Positions 26,990 to 42,600 of a stretch of 64,000 bases of DNA are shown here, one piece after another. Numbering within the stretch: position 1 is the first letter of the stretch; each line of letters begins with the position of its first letter. The stretch comes from Eledone cirrhosa (lineage: Eukaryota): assembly GCA_964016885.1 (NCBI GenBank), contig OZ024740.1:415524001-415588000 (forward strand), given 5' to 3'. The translations under genes and the position numbers were made by a program. The notes under the pieces were generated by a model. It did no database searches. It was given only the letters and a program-made list of their open reading frames with translations, and was not told the origin of the DNA.

Positions 26990-29680
26990 ATGACAGTGAA
27001 TCAGATATAGTGTGTAAGAGAGAACACTGTGGGTATGGACATATGTTGTGTATGGGGGATGACAGTAAATCAGATATAGAGTGTAAGAGAGAACACTGTG
27101 GGTATGGACATATGTTGTGTATGGGGGATGACAGTGAATAAGATATAGTGTGTAAGAGAGAACACTGTGGGTATGGACATATGTTGTGTATGGGGGATGA
27201 CAGTGAATCAGATATAGTGTGTAAGAGAGAACACTGTGGGTATGGACATATGTTGTGTATGGGGGATGACAGTAAATCAGATATAGAGTGTAAGAGAGAA
27301 CACTGTGGGTATGGACATATGTTGTGTATGGGGGATGACAGTGAATAAGATATAGTGTGTAAGAGAGAACACTGTGGGTATGGACATATGTTGTGTATGG
27401 GGGATGACAGTGAATCAGATATAGTGTGTAAGAGAGAACACTGTGGGTATGGACATATGTTGTGTATGGGGGAAGACAGTGAATCAGATATAGAGTGTAA
27501 GAGAGAACACTGTGGGTATGGACATATGTTGTGTATGGGGGATGACAGTGAATCAGATATAGTGTGTAAGAGAGAACACTGTGGGTATGGACATATGTTG
27601 TGTATGGGGGATGACAGTGAATCAGATATAGCGTGTAAGAGAGAACACTGTGGGTATGGACATATGTTGTGTATGGGGGATGACAGTGAATCAGATATAG
27701 CATGTAAGAGAGAACACTGTGGGTATGGACATATGTTGTGTATGGGGGAAGACAGTGAATCAGATATAGTGTGTAAGAGAGAACACTGTGGGTATGGACA
27801 TATGTTGTGTATGGGGGAAGACAGTGAATCTGATATAGAGTGTAAGAGAGAACACTGTGGGTATGGACATATGTTGTGTATGGGGGATGACAGTGAATCA
27901 GATACAGTGTGTAAGAGAGAACACTGTGGGTATGGACATATGTTGTGTATGGGGGATGACAGTGATTCAGAAATAGTGTGTAAGAGAGAACACTGTGGGT
28001 ATGGACATATGTTGTGTATGGGGGATGACAGTGAATAAGATATAGTGTGTAAGAGAGAACACTGTTGGTATGGACATATGTTGTGTATTGGGGATGACAG
28101 TAAATCAGATATAGAGTGTAAGAGAGAACACTGTGTGTATGGACATATGTTGTGTATGGGGGATGACAGTGAAAAAGATATAGTGTGTAAGAGAGAACAC
28201 TGTGGGTATGGACATATGTTGTGTATGGGGGATGACAGTGAAAAAGATATAGTGTGTAAGAGAGAACACTGTGGGTATGGACATATGTTGTGTATGGGGG
28301 AAGACAGTGAATCAGATATAGTGTGTAAGAGTGAACACTGTGGGTATGGATATATGTTGTTTTTGTGGGATGACAGTGAATCAGATATAGTGTGTAAGAG
28401 AGAACACTGTGGGTATGGACATATGTTGTGTATGGGGGATGACAGTAAATCAGATATAGAGTGTAAGAGAGAACACTGTGGGTATGGACATATGTTGTGT
28501 ATGGGGGATGACAGTGAATAACATATAGTGTGTAAGAGAGAACACTGTGGGTATGGACATATGTTGTGTATGGGGGATGACAGTGAATCAGATATAGTGT
28601 GTAAGAGAGAACACTGTGGGTATGGACATATGTTGTGTATGGGGGATGACAGTAAATCAGATATAGAGTGTAAGAGAGAACACTGTGGGTATGGACATAT
28701 GTTGTGTATGGGGGATGACAGTGAATAAGATATAGTGTGTAAGAGAGAACACTGTGGGTATGGACATATGTTGTGTATGGGGGATGACAGTGAATCAGAT
28801 ATAGTGTGTAAGAGAGAACACTGTGGGTATGGACATATGTTGTGTATGGGGGAAGACAGTGAATCAGATATAGAGTGTAAGAGAGAACACTGTGGGTATG
28901 GACATATGTTGTGTATGGGGGATGACAGTGAATCAGATATAGTGTGTAAGAGAGAACACTGTGGGTATGGACATATGTTGTGTATGGGGGATGACAGTGA
29001 ATCAGATATAGCGTGTAAGAGAGAACACTGTGGGTATGGACATATGTTGTGTATGGGGGATGACAGTGAATCAGATATAGCATGTAAGAGAGAACACTGT
29101 GGGTATGGACATATGTTGTGTATGGGGGAAGACAGTGAATCAGATATAGTGTGTAAGAGAGAACACTGTGGGTATGGACATATGTTGTGTATGGGGGAAG
29201 ACAGTGAATCTGATATAGAGTGTAAGAGAGAACACTGTGGGTATGGACATATGTTGTGTATGGGGGATGACAGTGAATCAGATACAGTGTGTAAGAGAGA
29301 ACACTGTGGGTATGGACATATGTTGTGTATGGGGGATGACAGTGATTCAGAAATAGTGTGTAAGAGAGAACACTGTGGGTATGGACATATGTTGTGTATG
29401 GGGGATGACAGTGAATAAGATATAGTGTGTAAGAGAGAACACTGTTGGTATGGACATATGTTGTGTATTGGGGATGACAGTGAATCAGATATAGAGTGTA
29501 AGAGAGAACACTGTGTGTATGGACATATGTTGTGTATGGGGGATGACAGTGAAAAAGATATAGTGTGTAAGAGAGAACACTGTGGGTATGGACATATGTT
29601 GTGTATGGGGGATGACAGTGAAAAAGATATAGTGTGTAAGAGAGAACACTGTGGGTATGGACATATGTTGTGTATGGGGG
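26990..29680. repeat. Tandem 20-unit (1380 bp) higher-order duplication: ~26990-28300 and ~28370-29680
   Basis: ORF starts 27148/28528, 27355/28735 and 28045/29425 are offset by 1380. Sequence lines 23 rows apart are near-identical (e.g. 27601 vs 28981). Confidence 0.9.
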
Positions 29681-32600
29681 ATGACAGTGAATCAGATATA
29701 GTATGTAAGAGAGAACACTGTGGGTATGGACATATGTTGTGTATGGAGGAAGACAGTGAATCAGATATAGTGTGTAAGAGAGAACACTGTGGGTATGGAC
29801 ATATGTTGTATATGGGGGATGACAGTGAATCAGATATAGTGTGTAAGAGAGAACACTGTGGGTATGGACATATGTTGTGTATGGGGGATGACAGTGAATA
29901 ACATATAGTGTGTAAGAGAGAACACTGTGGGTATGGACATATGTTGTGTATGGGGGATGACAGTGAATCAGATATAGTGTGTAAGAGAGAACACTGTGGG
30001 TATGGACATATGTTGTGTATGGGGGATGACAGTAAATCAGCTATAGAGTGTAAGAGAGAACACTGTGGGTATGGACATATGTTGTGTATGGGGGATGACA
30101 GTGAATAAGATATAGTGTGTAAGAGAGAACACTGTGGGTATGGACATATGTTGTGTATGGGGGATGACAGTGAATCAGATACAGTGTGTAAGAGAGAACA
30201 CTGTGGGTATGGGCATATGTTGTGTATGGGAGATGACAGTAAATCAGATATAGTGTGTAAGAGAGAACACTGTGGGTATGGACATATGTTGTGTATGGGG
30301 GATGACAGTGAAAAAGATATAGTGTGTAAGAGAGAACACTGTGGGTATGGACATATGTTGTGTATGGGGGAAGACAGTGAATCAGATATAGTGTGTAAGA
30401 GTGAACACTGTGGGTATGGATATATGTTGTGTATGGGGGATGACAGTGAATCAGATATAGTATGTAAGAGAGAAAACTGTGGGTATGGACATATGTTGTG
30501 TATGGGGGAAGACAGTGAATCAGATATAGTGTGTAAGAGAGAACACTGTGGGTATGGACATATGTTGTGTATGGGGGATGACAGTGAATCAGATATAGTG
30601 TGTAAGAGAGAACACTGTGGGTATGGACATATGTTGTGTATGGGGGATGACAGTAAATCAGATATAGTGTGTAAGAGAGAACACTGTGGGTATGGACATA
30701 TGTTGTGTATGGGGGATGACAGTGAATAACATATAGTGTGTAAGAGAGAACACTGTGGGTATGGACATATGTTGTGTATGGGGGATGACAGTGAATCAGA
30801 TATAGTGTGTAAGAGAGAACACTGTGGGTATGGACATATGTTGTGTATGGGGCATGACAGTGAATCAGATATAGTGTGTAAGAGAGAACACTGTGGGTAT
30901 GGACACATGTTGTGTATGGGGGATGACAGTGAATCAGATATAGTGTGTAAGAGAGAACACTGTGGGTATGGACATATGTTGTGTATGGGGGAAGACAGTG
31001 AATCAGATATTGTGTGTAAGAGAGAACACTGTGGGTATGGACATATGATGTGTATGGGGGATGACAGTGAATCAGATATAGTGTGTAAGAGAGAACACTG
31101 TGGGTATGGACATATGTTGTGTATGGGGGATGACAGTGAATCAGATATAGAATGTAAGAGAGAACACGGTGGGTATGGACATATGTTGTATATGGGGCAT
31201 GACAGTAAATCAGATATAGAATGTAAGAGAGAACACTGTGGGTATGGAGATATGTTGTGTATGGGGGATGACAGTGAATCAGTTATAGAGTGTAAGAGAG
31301 AACACTGTGGGTATGGACATATGTTATGTATGGTGGATGACAGTAAATCAGATATAGTGTGTAAGAGAGAAAACTGTAGGTATGGACATATGTTGTGTAT
31401 GGTGGATGACAGTGAATCAGATATAGTGTGTAAGAGAGAACACTGTGTGTATGGACATATGTTGTGTATGGGGGATGACAGTGAAAAAGATATAGTGTGT
31501 AAGAGAGAACACTGTGGGTATGGACATATGTTGTGTATGGGGGATGACAGTGAAAAAGATATAGTGTGTAAGAGAGAACACTGTGGGTATGGACATATGT
31601 TGTGTATGGGGGAAGACAGTGAATCAGATATAGTGTGTAAGAGTGAACACTGTGGGTATGGATATATGTTGTGTATGGGGGATGACAGTGAATCAGATAT
31701 AGTATGTAAGAGAGAACACTGTGGGTATGGACATATGTTGTGTATGGAGGAAGACAGTGAATCAGATATAGTGTGTAAGAGAGAACACTGTGGGTATGGA
31801 CATATGTTGTGTATGGGGGATGACAGTGAATCAGATATAGTGTGTAAGAGAGAACACTGTGGGTATGGACATATGTTGTGTATGGGGGATGACAGTAAAT
31901 CAGATATAGAGTGTAAGAGAGAACACTGTGGGTATGGACATATGTTGTGTATGGGGGATGACAGTGAATAACATATAGTGTGTAAGAGAGAACACTGTGG
32001 GTATGGACATATGTTGTGTATGGGGGATGACAGTGAATCAGATATAGTGTGTAAGAGAGAACACTGTGGGTATGGACATATGTTGTGTATGGGGGATGAC
32101 AGTAAATCAGATATAGAGTGTAAGAGAGAACACTGTGGGTATGGACATATGTTGTGTATGGGGGATGACAGTGAATAAGATATAGTGTGTAAGAGAGAAC
32201 ACTGTGGGTATGGACATATGTTGTGTATGGGGGATGACAGTGAATCAGATATAGTGTGTAAGAGAGAACACAGTGGGTATGGACATATGTTGTGTATGGG
32301 GGATGACAGTGAATCAGATATAGTGTGTAAGAGAGAACACTGTGGGTATGGACATATGTTGTGTATGGTGGATGACAGTGACTCAGATATAGTGTGTAAG
32401 AGAGAACACTGTGGGTATGGACATATGTTGTGTATGGGGGAAGACAGTGAATCAGATATAGAGTGTAAGAGAGAACACTGTGGGTATGGACATATGTTGT
32501 GTATGGGGGATGACAGTGAATCAGATATAGTGTGTAAGAGAGAACACTGTGGGTATGGACATATGTTGTGTATGGGGGATGACAGTGAATCAGATATAGT

Positions 32601-35600
32601 GTGTAAGAGAGAACACTGTGGGTATGGACATATGTTGTGTATGGGGGAAGACAGTGAATCTGATATAGAGTGTAAGAGAGAACACTGTGGGTATGGACAT
32701 ATGTTGTGTATGGGGGATGACAGTGAATCAGATATAGAGTGTAAGAGAGAACACTGTGGGTATGGACATATGTTGTGTATGGGGGATGACAGTGAATCAG
32801 ATACAGTGTGTAAGAGAGAAGACTGTGGGTATGGACATATGTTGTGTATGGGGGATGACAGTGAATCAGAAATAGTGTGTAAGAGAGAACACTGTGGGTA
32901 TGGACATATGTTGTATATGGGGGATGACAGTGAATAAGATATAGTGTGTAAGAGAGAACACTGTTGGTATGGACATATGTTGTGTATTGGGGATGACAGT
33001 AAATCAGATATAGAGTGTAAGAGAGAACACTGTGTGTATGGACATATGTTGTGTATGGGGGATGACAGTGAAAAAGATATAGTGTGTAAGAGAGAACACT
33101 GTGGGTATGGACATATGTTGTGTATGGGGGATGACAGTGAAAAAGATATAGTGTGTAAGAGAGAACACTGTGGGTATGGACATATGTTGTGTATGGGGGA
33201 AGACAGTGAATCAGATATAGTGTGTAAGAGTGAACACTGTGGGTATGGATATATGTTGTGTATGGGGGATGACAGTGAATCAGATATAGTATGTAAGAGA
33301 GAACACTGTGGGTATGGACATATGTTGTGTATGGAGGAAGACAGTGAATCAGATATAGTGTGTAGGAGAGAACACTGTGGGTATGGACATATGTTGTGTA
33401 TGGGGGATGACAGTGAATCAGATATAGTGTGTAAGAGAGAACACTGTGGGTATGGACATATGTTGTGTATGGGGGATTACAGTAAATCAGATATAGTGTG
33501 TAAGAGAGAACACTGTGGGTATGGACATATGTTGTGTATGGGGGATGACAGTGAAAAAGATATAGTGTGTAAGAGAGAACACTGTGGGTATGGACATATG
33601 TTGTGTATGGGGGATGACAGTGAATCAGATATTGTGTGTAAGAGAGAATACTGTGGGTATGGACATATGTTGTGTATGGGGGATGACAGTAAATCAGATA
33701 TAGAGTGTAAGAGAGAACACTGTGCGTATGGACATATGTTGTGTATGGGGATGACAGTGAATAAGATATAGTGTGTAAGAGAGAACACTGTGGGGATGGA
33801 CATATGTTGTGTATGGGGGATGACAGTGAATCAGATATAGTGTGTAAGAGAGAACACTGTGGGTATGGACATATGTTGTGTATGGGGGATGACAGTGAAT
33901 CAGATATAGTATGTAAGAGAGAACACTGTGGGTTTGGACATATGTTGTGTATGGGGGATGACAGTGAATCAGATATAGTGTGTAAGAGAGAAAACTGTGG
34001 GTATGGACATATGTTGTGTATGGGGGATGACAGTAAATCAGATATAGAGTGTAAGAGAGAACACTGTGTGTATGGACATATGTTGTGTATGGGGGAAGAC
34101 AGTGAATCAGATATAGTGTGTAAGAGTGAACACTGTTGGTATGGACATATGTTGTGTATGGGGGAAGACAGTGAATCATATATAGAGTGTAAGAGAGAAC
34201 ACTGTGGGTATGGACATATGTTGTGTATGTGGGATGACAGTGAATCAGATATAGAGTGTAAGAGAGAACACTGTGGGTATGGACATATGTTGTGTATGGG
34301 GGATGACAGTGAATCAGATATTGTGTGTAAGAGAGAACACTGTGGGTATGGACATATGTTGTGTATGGGGCATGACAGTGAATCAGATATAGTATGTAAG
34401 AGAGAACACTGTGGCTATGGACATATGTTGTGTATGGGGGATGACAGTAAATCAGATATAGAGTGTAAGAGAGAACACTGTGTGTATGGACATATGTTGT
34501 GTATGGGGGATGACAGTGAAAAAGATATAGTGTGTAAGAGAGAACACTGTGGGTATGGACATATGTTGTGTATGGGGGATGACAGTGAAAAAGATATAGT
34601 GTGTAAGAGAGAATACTGTGGGTATGGACATATGTTGTGTATGGGGGAAGACAGTGAATCAGATATAGTGTGTAAGAGTGAACACTGTGGGTATGGATAT
34701 ATGTTGTGTATGGGGGATGACAGTGAATCAGATATAGTATGTAAGAGAGAACACTGTGGGTATGGATATATGTTGTGTATGGGGGATGACAGTAAATCAG
34801 ATATAGAGTGTAAGAGAGAACACTGTGGGTATGGACATATGTTGTGTATGGGGGATGACAGTGAATAACATATAGTGTGTAAGAGTGAACACTGTGGGTA
34901 TGGACATATGTTGTGTATGGGGGATGACAGTGAATAACATATAGTGTGTAAGAGAGAACACTGTGGGTATGGACATATGTTGTGTATGGGGGATGACAGT
35001 GAATAACATATAGTGTGTAAGAGTGAACACTGTGGGTATGGATAAATGTTGTGTATGGGGGATGACAGTGAATCAGATATAGTATGTAAGAGAGAACACT
35101 GTGGGTATGGACATATATTGTGTATGGAGGAAGATAGTGAATCAGATATAGTGTGTAAGAGAGAACACTGTGGGTATGGACATATGTTGTATATGGGGGA
35201 TGACAGTGAATCAGATATAGTGTGTAAGAGAGAACACTGTGGGTATGGACATATGTTGTGTATGGGGGATGACAATAAATCAGATATAGAGTGTAAGAGA
35301 GAACACTGTGGGTATGGACATATGTTGTGTATGGGGGATGACATTGAATAACATATAGTGTGTAAGAGAGAACACTGTGGGTATGGACATATGTTGTGTA
35401 TGGGGGATGACAGTGAATCAGATATAGTGTGTAAGAGAGAACACTGTGGGTATGGACATATGTTGTGTATGGGGGATGACAGTAAATCAGATATAGTGTG
35501 TAAGAGAGAACACTGTGGGTATGGACATATGTTGTGTATGGGGGATGACAGTGAAAAAGATATAGTGTGTAAGAGAGAACACTGTGGGTATGGACATATG

Positions 35601-36329
35601 TTGTGTATGGGGGAAGACAGTGAATCAGATATAGTGTGTAAGAGTGAACACTGTGGGTATGGATATATGTTGTGTATGGGGGATGACAGTGAATCAGATA
35701 TAGTATGTAAGAGAGAAAACTGTGGGTATGGACATATGTTGTGTATGGGGGAAGACAGTGAATCAGATATAGTGTGTAAGAGAGAACACTGTGGGTATGT
35801 ACATATGTTGTGTATGGGGGATGACAGTGAATCAGATATAGTGTGTAAGAGAGAACACTGTGGGTATGGACATATGTTGTGTATGGGGGATGACAGTAAA
35901 TCAGATATAGAGTGTAAGAGAGAACACTGTGGGTATGGACATATGTTGTGTATGGGGGATGACAGTGAATAACATATAGTGTGTAAGAGAGAACACTGTG
36001 GGTATGGACATATGTTGTGTATGGGGGATGACAGTGAATCAGATATAGTGTGTAAGAGAGAACACTGTGGGTATGGACATATGTTGTGTATGGGGGATGA
36101 CAGTAAATCAGATATAGAGTGTAAGAGAGAACACTGTGGGTATGGACATATGTTGTGTATGGGGGATGACAGTGAATAAGATATAGTGTGTAAGAGAGAA
36201 CACTGTGGGTATGGACATATGTTGTGTATGGGGGATGACAGTGAATCAGATATAGTGTGTAAGAGAGAACACAGTGGGTATGGACATATGTTGTGTATGG
36301 GGGATGACAGTGAATCAGATATAGTGTGT

Positions 36330-39300
36330 AAGAGAGAACACTGTGGGTATGGACATATGTTGTGTATGGGGGATGACAGTGAATCAGATATAGTGTGTAA
36401 GAGAGAACACTGTGGGTATGGACATATGTTGTGTATGGGGGAAGACAGTGAATGAGATATAGAGTGTAAGAGAGAACACTGTGGGTATGGACATATGTTG
36501 TGTATGGGGGATGACAGTGAATCAGATATAGTGTGTAAGAGAGAACACTGTGGGTATGGACATATGTTGTGTATGGGGGATGACAGTGAATCTGATATAG
36601 AGTGTAAGAGAGAACACTGTGGGTATGGACATATGTTGTGTATGGGGGATGACAGTGAATCAGATATAGAGTGTAAGAGAGAACACTGTGGGTATGGACA
36701 TATGTTGTGTATGGGGGATGACAGTGAATCAGATATTGTGTGTAAGAGAGAATACTGTGGGTATGGACATATGTTGTGTATGGGGGATGAAGGTAAATCA
36801 GATATAGAGTGTAAGAGAGAACACTGTGCGTATGGACATATGTTGTGTATGGGGATGACAGTGAATAAGATATAGTGTGTAAGAGAGAACACTGTGGGGA
36901 TGGACATATGTTGTGTATGGGGGATGACAGTGAATCAGATATAGTGTGTAAGAGAGAACACTGTGGGTATGGACATATGTTGTGTATGGGGGATGACAGT
37001 GAATCAGATATAGTATGTAAGAGAGAACACTGTGGGTTTGGACATATGTTGTGTATGGGGGATGACAGTGAATCAGATATAGTGTGTAAGAGAGAAAACT
37101 GTGGGTATGGACATATGTTGTGTATGGGGGATGACAGTGAATAAGATATAGTGTGTAAGAGAGAACACTGTTGGTATGGACATATGTTGTGTATTGGGGA
37201 TGACAGTAAATCAGATATAGAGTGTAAGAGAGAACACCGTGTGTATGGACATATGTTGTGTATGGGGGATGACAGTGAAAAAGATATAGTGTGTAAGAGA
37301 GAACACTGTGGGTATGGACATATGTTGTGTATGGGGGAAGACAGTGAATCAGATATAGTGTGTAAGAGTGAACACTGTGGGTATGGATATATGTTGTGTA
37401 TGGGGGATGACAGTGAATCAGATATAGTATGTAAGAGAGAACACTGTGGGTATGGACATATGTTGTGTATGGAGGAAGACAGTGAATCAGATATAGTGTG
37501 TAAGAGAGAACACTGTGGGTATGGACATATGTTGTGTATGGGGGATGACAGTGAATCAGATATAGTGTGTAAGAGAGAACACTGTGGGTATGGACATATG
37601 TTGTGTATGGGGAATGACAGTAAATCAGATATAGAGTGTAAGAGAGAAAACTGTGGGTATGTACATATGTTGTGTATGGGGGATGACAGTGTATAACATA
37701 TAGTGTGTAAGAGAGAACACTGTGGGTATGGACATATGTTGTGTATGGGGGATGACAGTGAATCAGATATAGTGTGTAAGAGAGAACACTGTGGGTATGG
37801 ACATATGTTGTGTATGGGGGATGACAGTAAATCAGATATAGAGTGTAAGAGAGAACACTGTGGGTATGGACATATGTTGTGTATGGGGGATGACAGTGAA
37901 TAAGATATAGTGTGTAAGAGAGAACACTGTGGGTATGGACATATGTTGTGTATGGGGGATGACAGTGAATCAGATATAGTGTGTAAGAGAGAACACAGTG
38001 GGTATGGACATATGTTGTGTATGGGGGATGACAGTGAATCAGATATAGTGTGTAAGAGAGAACACTGTGGGTATGGACATATGTTGTGTATGGTGGATGA
38101 CAGTGACTCAGATATAGTGTGTAAGAGAGAACACTGTGGGTATGGACATATGTTGTGTATGGGGGAAGACAGTGAATCAGATATAGAGTGTAAGAGAGAA
38201 CACTGTGGGTATGGACATATGTTGTGTATGGGGGATGACAGTGAATCAGATATAGTGTGTAAGAGAGAACACTGTGGGTATGGACATATGTTGTGTATGG
38301 GGGATGACAGTGAATCAGATATAGTGTGTAAGAGAGAACACTGTGGGTATGGACATATGTTGTGTATGGAGGATGACAGTGAATCAGAAATAGTGTGTAA
38401 GAGAGAACACTGTGGGTATGGACATATGTTGTGTATGGGGGATGACAGTGAATAAGATATAGTGTGTAAGAGAGAACACTGTTGGTATGGACATATGTTG
38501 TGTATTGGGGATGACAGTAAATCAGATATAGAGTGTAAGAGAGAACACTGTGTGTATGGACATATGTTGTGTATGGGGGATGACAGTGAAAAAGATATAG
38601 TGTGTAAGAGAGAACACTGTGGGTATGGACATATGTTGTTTATGGGGGATGACAGTGAAAAAGATATAGTGTGTAAGAGAGAACACTGTGGGTATGGACA
38701 TATGTTGTGTATGGGGGAAGACAGTGAATCAGATATAGTGTGTAAGAGTGAACACTGTGGGTATGGATATATGTTGTGTATGGGGGATGACAGTGAATCA
38801 GATATAGTATGTAAGAGAGAACACTGTGGGTATGGACATATGTTGTGTATGGAGGAAGACAGTGAATCAGATATAGTGTGTAAGAGAGAACACTGTGGGT
38901 ATGGACATATGTTGTGTATGGGGGATGACAGTGAATCAGATATAGTGTGTAAGAGAGAACACTGTGGGTATGGACATATTTTGTGTATGGGGGATGACAG
39001 TAAATCAGATATAGAGTGTAAGAGAGAACACTGTGGGTATGGACATATGTTGTGTATGGGGGATGACAGTGAATAACATATAGTGTGTAAGAGAGAACAC
39101 TGTGGGTATGGACATATGTTGTGTATGGGGGATGACAGTGAATCAGATATAGAGTGTAAGAGAGAACACTGTGGGTATGGACATATGTTGTGTATGGGGG
39201 AAGACAGTGAATCAGATATAGTGTGTAAGAGTGAACACTGTCGGTATGGACATATGTTGTGTATGGGGGAAGACAGTGAATCATATATAGAGTGTAAGAG

Positions 39301-42300
39301 AGAACACTGTGGGTATGGACATATGTTGTGTATGGGGGATGACAGTGAATCAGATATAGAGTGTAAGAGAGAACACTGTGGGTATGGACATATGTTGTGT
39401 ATGGGGGATGACAGTGAATCAGATATAGTGTGTAAGAGAGAACACTGTGGGTATGGACATATGTTGTGTATGGGGGAAGACAGTGAATGAGATATAGAGT
39501 GTAAGAGAGAACACTGTGGGTATGGACATATGTTGTGTATGGGGGATGACAGTGAATCAGATATAGTGTGTAAGAGAGAACACTGTGGGTATGGACATAT
39601 GTTGTGTATGGGGGATGACAGTGAATCTGATATAGAGTGTAAGAGAGAACACTGTGGGTATGGACATATGTTGTGTATGGGGGATGACAGTGAATCAGAT
39701 ATAGAGTGTAAGAGAGAACACTGTGGGTATGGACATATGTTGTGTATGGGGGATGACAGTGAATCAGATATTGTGTGTAAGAGAGAATACTGTGGGTATG
39801 GACATATGTTGTGTATGGGGGATGAAGGTAAATCAGATATAGAGTGTAAGAGAGAACACTGTGCGTATGGACATATGTTGTGTATGGGGATGACAGTGAA
39901 TAAGATATAGTGTGTAAGAGAGAACACTGTGGGGATGGACATATGTTGTGTATGGGGGATGACAGTGAATCAGATATAGTGTGTAAGAGAGAACACTGTG
40001 GGTATGGACATATGTTGTGTATGGGGGATGACAGTGAATCAGATATAGTATGTAAGAGAGAACACTGTGGGTTTGGACATATGTTGTGTATGGGGGATGA
40101 CAGTGAATCAGATATAGTGTGTAAGAGAGAAAACTGTGGGTATGGACATATGTTGTGTATGGGGGATGACAGTGAATAAGATATAGTGTGTAAGAGAGAA
40201 CACTGTTGGTATGGACATATGTTGTGTATTGGGGATGACAGTAAATCAGATATAGAGTGTAAGAGAGAACACCGTGTGTATGGACATATGTTGTGTATGG
40301 GGGATGACAGTGAAAAAGATATAGTGTGTAAGAGAGAACACTGTGGGTATGGACATATGTTGTGTATGGGGGAAGACAGTGAATCAGATATAGTGTGTAA
40401 GAGTGAACACTGTGGGTATGGATATATGTTGTGTATGGGGGATGACAGTGAATCAGATATAGTATGTAAGAGAGAACACTGTGGGTATGGACATATGTTG
40501 TGTATGGAGGAAGACAGTGAATCAGATATAGTGTGTAAGAGAGAACACTGTGGGTATGGACATATGTTGTGTATGGGGGATGACAGTGAATCAGATATAG
40601 TGTGTAAGAGAGAACACTGTGGGTATGGACATATGTTGTGTATGGGGGATGACAGTAAATCAGATATAGAGTGTAAGAGAGAACACTGTGGGTATGTACA
40701 TATGTTGTGTATGGGGGATGACAGTGTATAACATATAGTGTGTAAGAGAGAACACTGTGGGTATGGACATATGTTGTGTATGGGGGATGACAGTGAATCA
40801 GATATAGTGTGTAAGAGAGAACACTGTGGGTATGGACATATGTTGTGTATGGGGGATGACAGTAAATCAGATATAGAGTGTAAGAGAGAACACTGTGGGT
40901 ATGGACATATGTTGTGTATGGGGGATGACAGTGAATAAGATATAGTGTGTAAGAGAGAACACTGTGGGTATGGACATATGTTGTGTATGGGGGATGACAG
41001 TGAATCAGATATAGTGTGTAAGAGAGAACACAGTGGGTATGGACATATGTTGTGTATGGGGGATGACAGTGAATCAGATATAGTGTGTAAGAGAGAACAC
41101 TGTGGGTATGGACATATGTTGTGTATGGTGGATGACAGTGACTCAGATATAGTGTGTAAGAGAGAACACTGTGGGTATGGACATATGTTGTGTATGGGGG
41201 AAGACAGTGAATCAGATATAGAGTGTAAGAGAGAACACTGTGGGTATGGACATATGTTGTGTATGGGGGATGACAGTGAATCAGATATAGTGTGTAAGAG
41301 AGAACACTGTGGGTATGGACATATGTTGTGTATGGGGGAAGACAGTGAATCTGATATAGAGTGTAAGAGAGAACACTGTGGGTATGGACATATGTTGTGT
41401 ATGGGGGATGACAGTGAATCAGATATAGAGTGTAAGAGAGAACACTGTGGGTATGGACATATGTTGTGTATGGGGGATGACAGTGAATCAGATACAGTGT
41501 GTAAGAGAGAACACTGTGGGTATGGACATATGTTGTGTATGGAGGATGACAGTGAATCAGAAATAGTGTGTAAGAGAGAACACTGTGGGTATGGACATAT
41601 GTTGTGTATGGGGGATGACAGTGAATAAGATATAGTGTGTAAGAGAGAACACTGTTGGTATGGACATATGTTGTGTATTGGGGATGACAGTAAATCAGAT
41701 ATAGAGTGTAAGAGAGAACACTGTGTGTATGGACATATGTTGTGTATGGGGGATGACAGTGAAAAAGATATAGTGTGTAAGAGAGAACACTGTGGGTATG
41801 GACATATGTTGTTTATGGGGGATGACAGTGAAAAAGATATAGTGTGTAAGAGAGAACACTGTGGGTATGGACATATGTTGTGTATGGGGGAAGACAGTGA
41901 ATCAGATATAGTGTGTAAGAGTGAACACTGTGGGTATGGATATATGTTGTGTATGGGGGATGACAGTGAATCAGATATAGTATGTAAGAGAGAACACTGT
42001 GGGTATGGACATATGTTGTGTATGGAGGAAGACAGTGAATCAGATATAGTGTGTAAGAGAGAACACTGTGGGTATGGACATATGTTGTGTATGGGGGATG
42101 ACAGTGAATCAGATATAGTGTGTAAGAGAGAACACTGTGGGTATGGACATATGTTGTGTATGGGGGATGACAGTAAATCAGATATAGAGTGTAAGAGAGA
42201 ACACTGTGGGTATGGACATATGTTGTGTATGGGGGATGACAGTGAATAACATATAGTGTGTAAGAGAGAACACTGTGGGTATGGACATATGTTGTGTATG

Positions 42301-42600
42301 GGGGATGACAGTGAATCAGATATAGAGTGTAAGAGAGAACACTGTGGGTATGGACATATGTTGTGTATGGGGGAAGACAGTGAATCAGATATAGTGTGTA
42401 AGAGTGAACACTGTCGGTATGGACATATGTTGTGTATGGGGGAAGACAGTGAATCATATATAGAGTGTAAGAGAGAACACTGTGGGTATGGACATATGTT
42501 GTGTATGGGGGATGACAGTGAATCAGATATAGAGTGTAAGAGAGAACACTGTGGGTATGGACATATGTTGTGTATGGGGGATGACAGTGAATCAGATATT
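36330..42600. repeat. Tandem ~44-46-unit duplication (offset 3035 = 44x69-1, then 3173 = 46x69-1 after a two-unit indel)
   Basis: ORF starts 36495/39530, 36875/39910, 37151/40186 and 37703/40738 (3035); 38462/41635 and 39083/42256 (3173). Shared GAATGA, GAAGGT, CACCGT, GTGTATAAC variants and the G4 deletion. Confidence 0.9.
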
